Shown one piece after another: positions 16,631 through 28,420 of a DNA stretch of 64,000 bases. The first letter of the stretch is position 1. Every line of letters begins with the position of its first letter. Origin of the DNA: Eledone cirrhosa (taxonomy: Eukaryota). The stretch lies in assembly GCA_964016885.1 (NCBI GenBank), contig OZ024744.1, positions 46,252,001 through 46,316,000 of the forward strand, read 5' to 3'. Under the pieces are notes generated by a model that was given only the letters and a program-made list of their open reading frames with translations, did no database searches and was not told where the DNA came from. The position numbers were made by a program, and so were the translations under genes.

Positions 16631-18340
16631 TACACCAAAGAATTCTTGTTTACTGTTATGTATGAAGGAGCAAAAGATAAATGGAACAAACCCGAATAAA
16701 TAAATGAATATAAATCCGCGAGATACCAAGCACCCATGCAAAGATTTAATTCAGAGACAGGAAGCATACACACTCCCCTGCAAAATGTCACCCTCTCCCA
16801 CAAATTATGGCAAATGTCCAAAACTCTGAGTTGGCAGCATTAACATAAGCACAATGAAAGGAAGGGAAGGAGAAATTATAGATATGCTGAGTGAAAGGAT
16901 ATTGACGTATGCTGTGTGCAAGAGACTAGATGGAGAGGAGAGTCCACTAGAGTCTTTGTAGGCAAAAGTCAGTGCTATAAGTTTTTCTGGGTGGGAAATG
17001 ACAACGGGATGGGTGGTGTAGGTATACTATTAGCTGACAAATGGGTAGATAAGGTAATAACCACACATATTGTTAAGCAGGTAATACTATAGGGTGTCAT
17101 ACCAAAGGATTGGTGCAGCAGCATCATCGTCAACTGCTACAAGGGTAAAGGAGATGCACTAGATAGAAGAAACTATAGAGGTATAAAGCTGATGGACCAG
17201 GTCATGAAAGTAATGGAGTGATACCACAGTTGATCAGGGACTGGGTAAAACTAGATGTATGCAGTTTGATGCCCTCTTCCTTGTGAGGCAGTTACAGGTA
17301 AAGTTCCTAGCTAAAAGTAAGCCGCTCTACCTGGCTTTTATCGAAAAAGTCTTCAACAGACTGCCCCGTGCTATAATCTGGTGGGCTCTTAAAAAACTAT
17401 GAGTAGATTAGTGGCTTGTGAAAGCTGTACAAGCCATGTATAGGGGACATGTCAGTAAAGTTAGGCTTAACAATTACTATAGCGAGGAATTTAGCATACA
17501 GGTCGGTGTCTACCAGGGCTCTGTTCTTAGCCTTCTCCTGTTTATAATAGTATTGCAGGCTATAACAGAAGAGTTTAAGACCAGATGCCCATAGGAACTC
17601 CTATATGTGAATGATCTTACACTTATAGCTGAATCTATGGCAGAACTAAAGAAACAAGCACCACCAAACACCGGGAGAGCTCTGTAGAAACAATAGACAG
17701 CTTTTGCTACCTAGGTGACCGAATAAGCAGCGGAGATGGGTGTTCTGAAAGTACAGTAACCAGGGTAACAACGGGATTGAAGAAGTTTAGGGAGCTACTG
17801 CCACCGCTAGCTGCAAAAGGCTTTTCCCTCAAAATGAAAGGCAGACAGTATGATGCGTGCATACGAACAGCAATGTTACATGGTAGTGAGACCTGGGCAC
17901 TGTCTGTAGAAGACTTGCGTAGATTAGAAAGAAACAAAGCTTGCATGCTCCAATGGATGTGTAACAGTAATATACGCGAACGGCAAAGCATTAACAAATT
18001 GAAATAGAGACTGAGCATAAGAGGAATCAAATGCTGTGTGCAGCAGACGAGGTTGTGTTGTAGCCCCCGGGTACAAGCCGAAGCTGAAGCACATAGACAA
18101 TATGCCCCCACTCCCTCCCACTGTAAAGTGGCTATGGAGGTGTCACAACAAAAAAGCACCATCACTCACTGTGAGGTTGGTGTTAGGAAGGGCATCCAGC
18201 TGTAAAAATCAAGCCAAAATCGGTTCCCATCTGAGCAACACAAGGTCACCCTACCTGGCACTGCCTACAACAGGACAACCTGTCTAACCCATACTACCAT
18301 GGAAGAAGGGACATAAAACGGTGATAATGATGATGATATA
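16630..18340 (+). mobile_element. Internally deleted RTE-clade LINE derivative
   Basis: Endonuclease start (LRVGSINISTMKGR) jumps into RT (NCYKGKGDALDRRNYRGIKL) and thumb (MLHGSETWAL), then 3' UTR and (GAT)n; paralogue at 36010-38370. Confidence 0.85.
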
Positions 18341-19149
18341 CATATATATATATACACTGTATACAATATATATATACAGTATATATTATACACTAGAGAA
18401 AGGCAATGGCTGATACAGCTTGGCACCAGTGACGTCACAACGTATATATATACTATATATATGCACTATGTATATATTATATATACACTGTGTACAGTAT
18501 ATATACACTATATATATGTCCAAGGAAAAGGCTATGGCCGATACAGTTTGGCACTAGTAACATCACAACATATATATACACTATATATATTATACAGTAT
18601 ATATACACAATATATATGTCCAAGAAAAAGGCTATGGCCGATACATCTTGGCACTAGTGACATCACAACATATATATTATACAGCATATATACACTATAT
18701 ATATATGTCCAAGGGAATGGTTATGGCCGATACATCTTGGCACTAGTGACATCACAACTCATTTCTACAGCTGAGTAATCTGGAACAATGTGAAATAAAG
18801 TGTCTTGCTCAAGGACACAGCACATCACCCAGTCCGAGAATCCAACTCACAACCTTTTGATAGTAAGCCCAATCCTCTAACCACTAAGCTTTCAGAACCA
18901 ACTTTGATATAGGGAGACCATAAAGACAACCGTTGTTTTCATAGTTTAAGCCTTAACATACCTCTCATACATGCTTTAAGTACATATAAACTCATTAAAA
19001 CACACTTTTGTATTTAAACACCAAACTAACGGTCGTAAGATGGCCCTTCCTTACGATATACACTTTAATAACATTGAAACTTATTTAATAAGTTTAAATT
19101 TTAAACACTTTTTATTCAGACGTACCGTGATAATAAAATAGATATGTTC

Positions 19150-19270
19150 TAACGAAAAATCCGCGATGTGGCGAGGATTACCGCGATAGGAAATTAGATA
19201 CGTTCCAAAGAAATATCGGCGATGTAACGGGACCGCGAAAAGTGAACCGCGATATAGCGGGGGATTACTA
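19150..19270. mobile_element. pogo/Tigger-like terminal inverted repeat remnant
   Basis: gtgaaccgcgatatagcgggggattacta followed by TA, with subterminal ccgcgat repeats; the partner end was not found. Confidence 0.5.
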
Positions 19271-21942
19271 TATATATACACACACAGCATACATCTATCT
19301 ATATACACTCATAACATTTATTTCGATTTTTGACTTTAAAATGTTGACTGAGAGTGTGACAACTGTTTCTTGTTTGAGGTTGTTCCAGTGGTTGAAATAT
19401 AGACGGAGGTATTTTAAATAATAAAGACAGTCAAGTTAACAATATATTTTATATCACATGTAACAGTGGAATCTGCTGATTGAAAATTAACACATCAACA
19501 TTTCAGTTTGGAAGTGTTTATTTCTATATATATTACTTGATCGTTGTAATAATTATATTATTTACATTAATATAGACATTAAGTAAATCTTTGTCAACTT
19601 ATCTCCTTCAGATATAATCAATGTGTTGTGTTGTTAGTTTTTACTAACAAAAGAAATAATCTCTTTGTTATCAAATTAGAAGTTTCAAAGATGTTATCAG
19701 CTTTATTTTACGACATTAACGTTGGTGTATCTTCTTCATCTTTAGTCATAAATTGATATCTTGTCAGAATGAAGTAGTGAGGCTGACTTTATGTCTTTAG
19801 CTACAGATTTGATAGGAAATATATATATATTAGGTTGATATGTGGTCTAAAATATATATATTGTCTATAATTGACTGATAGCAGATGTTCTGGTGAAATA
19901 GTAGTTTTACTACTACAGATTGTAATGGAACTCTTAGTAGACACAATTGTAAAGTAAGAATAGATATGACAGTGTAAGACTGATGTCGGGGATAGAAAAT
20001 TGTGTCTATATATATATATATATACATATATATAATTGTTACACAAGATATAATTAGGTTAATTAAAGTTATAATGAAGACAGCAGGTATTCGGTGTCGT
20101 TGGTAATGTTTCAACCTTCGTACCGGTGTCATACGTTAGAAGTCCCTGATATAATTTATTACATTCAGACACAGTTCCAATCGTATTTAATTTATTGTAA
20201 ATCAGAAAGTTTCACTCAATAAAATATCAATTACATATCTACGTAGTCTCTCACCCTGCTATAAACAGCAGTGAAATTATCCATTACAGATTTTTTTTCT
20301 TTAAAGTCTTACGTTTAGTTAAACAATCAACAACAGCAGGTCTTTTGAACAGACTTCAGAATATCATCCTCCTTCTTGCTATATATATATATATATATAC
20401 ATATATACACGCACGCACACATAATATATATACAGTGAAATTCCGTTATAACGAAATTCACGAAGTATGAAAATAATTTGTTGTACCGAAAAGTTCTTTA
20501 TAACCGAATCAAATCGTTTGTTTGTTGTTCAATTGTATTCTAGTTATGGTGTTTCACATTGAACCTTATAGATATAACACAGAGAAGTATAGAGTCCAAG
20601 TGAAAATATAAAACAACATATAATCTAATGAGAAGGTTAAAGAAAAGAAGGAAAAACAAGTGAAATGAAAGAGAAAGTTGAAAGGAAAAGGTAGAAAAGA
20701 ATCATTGAAATAATTATTCTACAAAGTGTTCTGTCTCATTTAGAAAGTGTTTTCTATGTTGGCCAGCTAAAATCTTCTCTCACTCAATTATATCAAGTTC
20801 ATTAGTTAATCCTAACTTTCCTGTAAAAAATTATTGATTTCAACAACAACTTTTTGGCTAAAGCCACTAACAATAACAAATATGTTTGTTTCGAGAGAAG
20901 GAGTGAAAACCTCTATGTGGTTACTTGACCTGTTGAAAATAGCAGCCAAATTCTTTAAAGACAATAGAGTACTAAACGGGGGTTAGTTCCCTAATTAAAT
21001 ATATATCAGGATTGAGTTATCCAAGTTTCAGTTTGATATTTTATTCGTAATCATGTGTAACACGTGTTTCGTGAATGTATTATATTTATTTCTCCTCCAC
21101 TGTTTTTGATACATCTCAAAATTCTGTCTGGGCAGCTGGATTTTTGTAGGGCGCCACTTAAGTCAACATAAACAACATACACAACCACATGCGACTACCC
21201 ACCAAAAACAAGAAATCAATCAATGAAATATTGACTTAAATAGCCCTTACAAACCTAAGGTAACACAGCAAAAAGCCTACTTAGCCTTACCTGGACGAAA
21301 GCTAGGAAATTCCACAATTTATTATTCAGCTGAACGTTATCCCCATAATTATGTGGTTGGTGCCAGTACATCTCTCAACAAGATTTCTGCTGTTAACCTG
21401 GCTTCCACACACTGAAGCATTAACACTGCAGTAACTCAGCCACTCTTACAACACGTGGGTTGTATTTACAAGCAAAATAAAATAAAACACAGAAAAATTA
21501 ATTCAAAACAAACAAAATGAAAGTTCTATCGCCTTGCTTCTCCATATTTTTATTGAAGATTCTCATCCAACATCTGCTAACACAATAAGTTAGTTTCAGA
21601 AGCACCAAGTTCGAGCAGTGATTCGGTAATCTTGATAAAATTAAACCACCATAAGTAGATATAATTCAGACTAGTGGTCAGACCTGCTTTTATGAGGAGT
21701 AGTAAGAGACAATAATATATGGAAGGAGGAGGAGTGAGAGAGATAGAAAGACAAAACTGTGTTAATTCTCTCTCCCCCTCTCTTCTTTTACTCTATCTAC
21801 CTCTTATGTCTTCATTTCACTGTTTTATTGTCTTATTTCCTAATTCCACTTAATTCCATTAAATATTCAATCTTAGTCGAAATAAATATTTTCGTCTGTA
21901 CAACCAATAATAGTAGGAGTCACGTTACATGATATGTATATA

Positions 21943-22032
21943 TACAGAGTGTCCCTAAAATATGTATACACATTTACATAGACTAGTTGAAGTGTGTATA
22001 CATTTTTGGGGGGGGAGGCGGGATATCCTGTA
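21943..22032. mobile_element. Tiny Tc1/mariner-like MITE
   Basis: TA|CAGAGTGTCCCTAAAATATGTATACAC ... GTGTATACATTTTT..GGATATCCTG|TA imperfect TIRs. Confidence 0.5.
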
Positions 22033-23061
22033 TATATTTTATATATACATATGTATATTAAAGATGATTGATATATAAATATAAACATATATATGTATAC
22101 ACTCATATGTATGTTTATAAATTTATAAATATACATATAAAGATATATATACTTTTACGTGTATACATCTGAAAATGTATATATGTATGTAAACACATAC
22201 CTAAACATACATGTATATACATATAGATGGACAGTTATACATATACAATAATTTATTTCTATACACATATACCACAAGTAAGGCATGGTACTGCCAACTA
22301 ACTAGACCTCCCTCATAATGGACCAGCTAGATCCCAAAATACAGGCCTTCTAGCCACCACACAATCCCAATAAGTGTAAGTTACAGCGCAGCTATCTGGA
22401 CAGACTTGTCTTAAGACTACTCATTATCCCACTACATCTTTTGTGTACTATATATATATATATACACACATATAATTGTGTATTCAAACATTATCTTAGT
22501 AATGAAATTATTAACAATTTTAGTAAATTGTTCAAAATTCTTCATTAACCCTTTTGGTAGAAACCCAGCCAAAATTGGTTCTCGTTCTATGGAAATGGTT
22601 CCTATCTAAATTAAAGTCTTCCAACGAAATTCTATATAACAACCATATGTTAAGTTACTATGTTAGTAATTAACTAACAATTGTGATAAACAGCTCAAAA
22701 TTATTCATAATTAATTGAAATACAAGGTTCATAATTATAATAAAACCTTCGAATGGGCTACGAAGCCGGTAAACCGTAAAGGTACTCAACACACACATTG
22801 CTATAGCGTTTCACCAGCCCCTTCCTTCCTCAATCATTACATAGATGTGTGTGTATGTAATAATTATTTTGTATTGTGTGTCTGTTTATGAATATGTATG
22901 AGTAGATGTGTGTGTGTGTATGTAACACAGTAGATGTGTATGTAACTCAGTAGATGTGTGTATATAACACAGTAGATGTGTGTGTATGTAACTCAGTAGA
23001 TGTGTGTATGTAACACAGTAGATGTGTGTATGTAACGCAGTAGATATGTGTGTATGTAACA

Positions 23062-24446
23062 CAGTGGCGGATTTAAGGAATAGGGCCCAGTCGGCATTGG
23101 TCAGTAAGGAGGCTCCAGAGTGAAAATTAAAGTACCTTCTTTTCGAGCGAGTATTGAAAAAGTTTTTTTTTTAATTTCCTATTTAGCTACCAATAATCAT
23201 TAAGAAGACAATTAAATTACAAGTACACTTTATTTGAAACAAACAAACAGATGTGCTGTACTGTAAACAAATAATAAAGTAATAAAGTTGTATATATGTT
23301 AGTCTTTTACATAAATTGCTTTTACATGCGCAGACCTCTGCGAGCTTTAACAGTTGAAAAATGAGTTATAGCGTGGTCCAAGTTTACTGATTTAGTAATT
23401 TTGTTTTCAATTGCCAGCAGGGCAAAACTGGATAGCCTCTCCTGGCCCATCGTTGAACGAAGATAATTTTTAATTCTTCGTAGAACACTGAAAGAGCGTT
23501 CCGCACTTGCTATGCCAATTGGTAAAGTGAGAAATAGCCTTACCAGAATTTCAAACTCGGGAAAGACATCACACAAGTCATTGTTCAGTAAAAATTTCAG
23601 ATATGGCATAACCCCACTTTGTTTTAAAGCTGCGTTTGGCTGTGAAAAGTAGAGGCCAATGAAAGAAAAGAGTTCATTTCTGAGTTCCAGTGTGAATTCA
23701 TTTGGAAAGTTATCTACCAATGTTGCTACATGTGTTTTTAGTTCATCATCTGAGCATTTAGCCAGTCGATTTGGACTCAAAAATCCAAAGATTGAAGATA
23801 TTTTTGTTATTCCTTCAGTTCGGGCTCTCAACTCCCCAATCATACTATCCAGTGATTGAAAATAAATTGCAGTGCGATATCTATCTGAAGCAGTAGCTAG
23901 TCTTTCAACACCACAAACTTCACCATCCATAATCTTTCTTCTCCTTACTCGCGTTATTTTAAAATCAGCTTCAGATGCATCAAATCCCACGTCTTTCCAG
24001 GCTTTCTTTTCCTGATCCACAAATTGTTCAAATTTGTGATCGCATCTGAGTTCTTCCAATTTATCTGTTGAACGTTCAAAGCACTCAGTCACAAGGAATA
24101 AATCAAAAAGAAACTAAAAAAAAAAACAAGAAACTAACAAAAATATCGCCAAAAAAACAAAACAATGAAACTAACAAAACCGTTTCAAATAAATAAATAA
24201 ATCTATATTTCTTTTAACGGCTAAAAAAAGGGAATGTAAATTTGTTGGAATAGCCTCATTTCAGCAGCCAGCAGCAAAGTTATTTAGCCTCATATCAGCA
24301 ACGAACAGCGAAGTTATTTAGCCCTAGGCATGGGGGAGGTATTTTTGGATATCGCCCAAATTACATTTTTTTTTTTTTGCAAGCGCCCAGTCGGCAGGGG
24401 CCCAGTCGGCATTTACCACCTTCGCCACCTGTTAAATCCGCCACTG
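23062..24446 (-). mobile_element. hAT transposon deletion derivative
   Basis: 15-bp TIRs CAGTGGCGGATTTAA / TTAAATCCGCCACTG; 8-bp TSD ATGTAACA (23054-23061, 24447-24454); absent from the paralogous minisatellite. Confidence 0.93.
23322..24092 (-). CDS. C-terminal part of an hAT transposase (dimerisation domain), 5'-truncated
   Basis: LTLPIGIASAERSFSVLRRIKNYLRSTMGQERLSSFALLAIE hAT C-terminal signature. Confidence 0.85.
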   Translation of the reverse strand: MTECFERSTDKLEELRCDHKFEQFVDQEKKAWKDVGFDASEADFKITRVRRRKIMDGEVCGVERLATASDRYRTAIYFQSLDSMIGELRARTEGITKISSIFGFLSPNRLAKCSDDELKTHVATLVDNFPNEFTLELRNELFSFIGLYFSQPNAALKQSGVMPYLKFLLNNDLCDVFPEFEILVRLFLTLPIGIASAERSFSVLRRIKNYLRSTMGQERLSSFALLAIENKITKSVNLDHAITHFSTVKARRGLRM

Positions 24447-25104
24447 ATGTAACACAGTATTTGTGTGTGTCTGTGTAACCCAGTAGATATGTGTATGTGT
24501 GTGTATGTAACCCATTAGATGTGTGTATGTAATTTAGTAGATGTGTGTGTGTAACCCAGTAGATGTGTGTGTATGTAACTCAGTAGATGTGTGTGTATGT
24601 AACTCAGTAGATGTGTGTGTGTAACACAGTAGATGTATGTGTATGTAACACATTAGATGCGTGTGTATATATAACACAGTAGATGTGTGTGTATGTAACA
24701 TAGTAGATGTGTGTGTATGTAACACACTAGATGTGCGTGTATGTAGCACAGTAGATATGCGTGTATGTAACACAGTAGATGTATGTATGTAACATAGTAG
24801 ATGTATATGTAACTAAAGTGTAACGTATGTTATGAATGGACGACTAAATGATTTTAACTTGTATTTTAACAATTGATGGTGGAAAAGATTTTAAATTGTC
24901 TTAACTCAGACCATAAAGGGCCGCAACACGTGGTGTCTGACACTCTTACCAGCTACATAGCCTGGGAGTCTATTTTACCGGCACCGGCTACATAGCTTCT
25001 TCCTAAAATCTTCCAACTGTTAAGTTACTAATAAAATAATTAATAATTAAAAACTTTAGTAAATCCTTCCAATGATATCTCAGTAATGAAATAATTAATA
25101 ATTG

Positions 25105-26423
25105 GGCACTGTCATGGTATTAGCTGTCAGAAAGAAGGTGACGTCATTCGTCAACCTTCTCAATCGTTTATTTCCGTATCACCAAGCGTTTATTTACGTT
25201 TATGATTTTATTTATGGGTACCAAATAACCACGTAATTTTCGAGAGAAACGATTATATACAATCTTATTTAACATGTGCATTAAAAACTACACTAGCTGT
25301 TACAATTGTAATTAACGTGTAAGAACTTAAATGAAAATATAGGTGGCCCTTAAAAGGGCCGGTGTTGAACTTATATTTGGGCGATATCCAATTTTACCGC
25401 CCGAATTGCTGCTGATGCTGCTTACGTGCTGTAGTTGCTGCTTACTTGGTGACTTGCTGCTATTGTTGCTTAACTTGTGCTACTTACCTGCTTCACTGTA
25501 TGAGGCTATTCCAACAAATTTACATTCCCTTTTTTTTAGCCGTTAAAAGAAATATAGATTTATTTATTTGCTCGTTAAATGTTTGTACTTGATTTTTGTA
25601 AAAACTTCCCCCGCCTAATGCCCTAGTGGCAAATAAATCGCCCCCCCCCCCCCCCACAAAAAAAAAACATACAAAAACGCGGCAAATAAAGAAATCTATG
25701 CCCCAGTGGCAAATAAATCGCAAAAAAAAACAACCCAAAAAAACAAACAAACAAACAAAAACGTGGCAAATAAAGAAATCTATGCCCCAGTGGCAAATAA
25801 ATCGCAAAAAAAAACAACAAAAAACAAGAAACTAACAAAAACGTTGCAAATAAATAAATCTATATTTCTTTTAACGGCTAAAAAAAGGGAATGTAAATTT
25901 GTTGGAATAGCCTCATACAGTGAAGCAGGTAAGTAGCACAAGTTAAGCAACAATAGCAGCAAGTCAGCAGTAGCAGCAGCTAGCAACAAGCAGTAAGCCA
26001 CCAAGTAAACAGCACGTAAGCAGCACAGCAGCAAATCGGGCGGTAAAATTGGATATCGCCTAAATTTGTTTTCTAATTTGATAACTATGGCTTGTATCAA
26101 CACGGGCCCTTTTAAGGGCCACCTATATTTTCATTTAAGTTCTTACACGTTAATTACAATTGTAACAGCTAGTGTAGTTTTTAATGCACATGTTAAATAA
26201 GATTGTATATTATCGTTTCTCTCGAAAATTACGGGGTTATTTGGTACCCATATTTTTTTTTAATAAGTGTATCTCATCGTAAACGTATCTCTTAGAAAAT
26301 CATAAACATAAATAAACGGAAGAGTGATACGGATATAAACGATTGAGAAGGTTGACGAATGACGTCAGATAGACGTCACCTTCTTCTGCTTTCACTTCTG
26401 ACAGCTAATACCATGACAGTGCC
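25105..26423. mobile_element. Foldback/MITE with ~500-bp inverted arms, Merlin-like termini
   Basis: Ends GGCACTGTCATGGTATTAGCTGTCAGAA / TTCTGACAGCTAATACCATGACAGTGCC; 8-bp TSD AATAATTG (25097-25104, 26424-26431), single copy at the paralogous empty site ~39961; ~75-bp tandem units in the centre. Superfamily inferred from GG-N-R-M ends plus an 8-bp TSD. Confidence 0.85.
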
Positions 26424-26639
26424 AATAATTGCTATAAATACCTACAAATTCCTCATTAATTAAACCCAAGACAGGTAAAAACTCCAGAGTCTTTCAGTCG
26501 GACATGAAACAAATTAATTTCCAATGGAATAAAAGATGTTTAAGTCAGCCAAGGGAGATCACTCTCAGCGACTTATTGTAATTCTTGTTCGTGAATTAAT
26601 TTGGATTAATTTGAAGTCATTCCGATGTATTTTGTGTGG

Positions 26640-26805
26640 AGGAAACCGGGTTTAGGCGGTGATAGCATGCAGTACATGAACGTATGGTTCCTGAATTCGA
26701 ATCCCAGACCGGGCGGTCAGTACGTTGAGGCCTTGAACAAGACACTTTATTTCTCATTGTTTTATTTCAACCAGCTGGCAAAAATAATAAGTTGTACCAG
26801 TAATT
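26640..26805 (+). mobile_element. tRNA-derived SINE fragment
   Basis: ttcgaatcccagacc..ccttgaacaagacactttatttc; paralogue at 40190-40345; related pieces at 4790-4880, 30765-30840, 34980-35100 and 57618-57700. Confidence 0.65.
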
Positions 26806-27119
26806 ATAGAGGAAACGTGGTCTAAAATATATATATTGTCTATAATTGACTGATAGTAGACACAATTGTAAAGTAAGAATAGATATGATAGTGTAAGACT
26901 GATGTTGGGTAGAGAAAATTGTGTATATATATATAATTGTTACACAAGATATAATTAGATTAATTAAAGTTATAATGAAGACAGCAGGTACTCGGTGTCG
27001 TTGACAATGTTTCACCCCTCTTACCAGTATCATACGTTCTTATATTTGGACGCTTTTACTGTATCTTCTGCGATATTTCTTGCCTGCTTTTACTGCAAGT
27101 GCAAGAAGGAGAACAAAAC

Positions 27120-27472
27120 GTGCTCAGTCCACACTGTAAAGGTGTTATTTTGGCAACATGATAAATAGTACCCAGTTCACACTGTAAAGTAGTCATTTTG
27201 GTGCCATGATAGTGCCCAGTCCACACTGTAAAGTAGTCATGTTGGTGCCACAACAAACAGTGCCCAGTTCACACTGTAAAGTTGTCATTTTGGTGCCATG
27301 ATAGTGCCCAGTACACACTGTAAAGTAGTTGGCGTTATGAAGGGCATCCAGCCATGGAAACCAAGACACGGTCATCTGATCTGAATTGTCTCACAATAGG
27401 ACAACTCATCTAACCCATGCTAGCATGGAAAAATCGATGTTAAACAGTGATGATGATGATAATGATGATGAT
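27120..27472 (+). mobile_element. RTE-type 3' tail with a tandemly repeated ~52-56-bp segment
   Basis: About five copies of cagt(c/t)cacactgtaaag.. followed by tggcgttatgaagggcatccagcc and (GAT)n. Confidence 0.7.
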
Positions 27473-28199
27473 TAAAGTCTACGGTGCTGAGACCACAAAT
27501 CAAGGGAGTACTCTATTGATGTGAAGAAGTAGAGTGGGTATAGAGGAAGGTAAAAACATACCTGATACATGAGTGTGTAACCTAGTAGTTAGTGACTTTA
27601 TAGTTATGACTAGAGGAACTCAGAGACAGAGGGCAACCTGGAGAAGAAGAATATGGAAGATAAAGGAGCCCTCAGCCAGTAACAAATTTAGAGATATTTT
27701 GTTTTTGACACTTTTCACAGTAAAGAAGATATAGAGACTCAGAACATAGAGGAGGTGTTGGTGTTATATATATGTATGCTCTGATCGATGAGCAGCATTA
27801 GGAAACTGAGGGAATAAGTTGGTATAAGAGAAAGTAGATGTAGTGTGCTAGAGAGAAGACTACGTTGGTATGGACATGTGATGTGTATGAATGATAGCAG
27901 CTGCATAAAGAAATGGAGAAAAATTGATGTGGTTAGGACCATTGGAAGAGATGGGATGAGTGTGTGAAGACCTTAAAAAACCTCACAACAGAAATGACAA
28001 AGGACCACAAGGCCTGGCACTGTTATGATAGTGAAGACCTGGTCAACCGCATACAGTGTGGCCTGACCTATCCCCTTATCTTCCCTCTCCCTAACAGGTA
28101 TTTCTCACTACACCACACCCACTCCTTATCTGCTGCCCCCTTCAAAACCTCTAGAATCCCTCACAGTTCACAATCTAGTAGATACTCCCCTCACTGTTA

Positions 28200-28420
28200 T
28201 GTACTCCATCCATGCCCCCTCCACTAGTACTCCCTAGCAGCTCTCCCCATCTCCACAACATACCCCCACTCCATCCATGCCCCCCTCCACTAGTACTCCC
28301 TAGCAGCTCTCATCACCACTAAATACCTCCACTCCATCCATGCCTCCCTCCACTAGTACTCCCTAGCAGCTCTCATCTCCACAAAATACCCCCACTCCAT
28401 CCATGTCCCCTCCCTCTAGT
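28200..28420. repeat. ~62-bp C-rich minisatellite, about 3.5 units
   Basis: actccatccatgccccctccactagtactccctagcagctctc repeated. Confidence 0.88.

Larger units (their letters stand above)
15350..18890 (-). mobile_element. tRNA-derived SINE with a tandemly amplified internal segment, split by an RTE-derived insertion
   Basis: Head at ~18890 (rc agcttagtggttagag...gtgtccttgagcaagacactt); internal unit gtccaagggaaagg..tggcaccagtgacatcacaac repeated at 18400-18760 and 15480-15870; putative tail at 15350-15480. Confidence 0.6.
22835..24815. repeat. ~22-26-bp minisatellite (gtgt)atgtaacacagtagat, interrupted by an hAT element
   Basis: Repeat runs at 22835-23061 and 24447-24815; uninterrupted paralogue at 39195-39660. 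Confidence 0.9.

Noticed and set aside
23322-24092. Possible domesticated ZMYM1-like host gene
   Set aside because: Enclosed by TIRs and a TSD, lacks the N-terminal and catalytic region, and is absent from the paralogous site.
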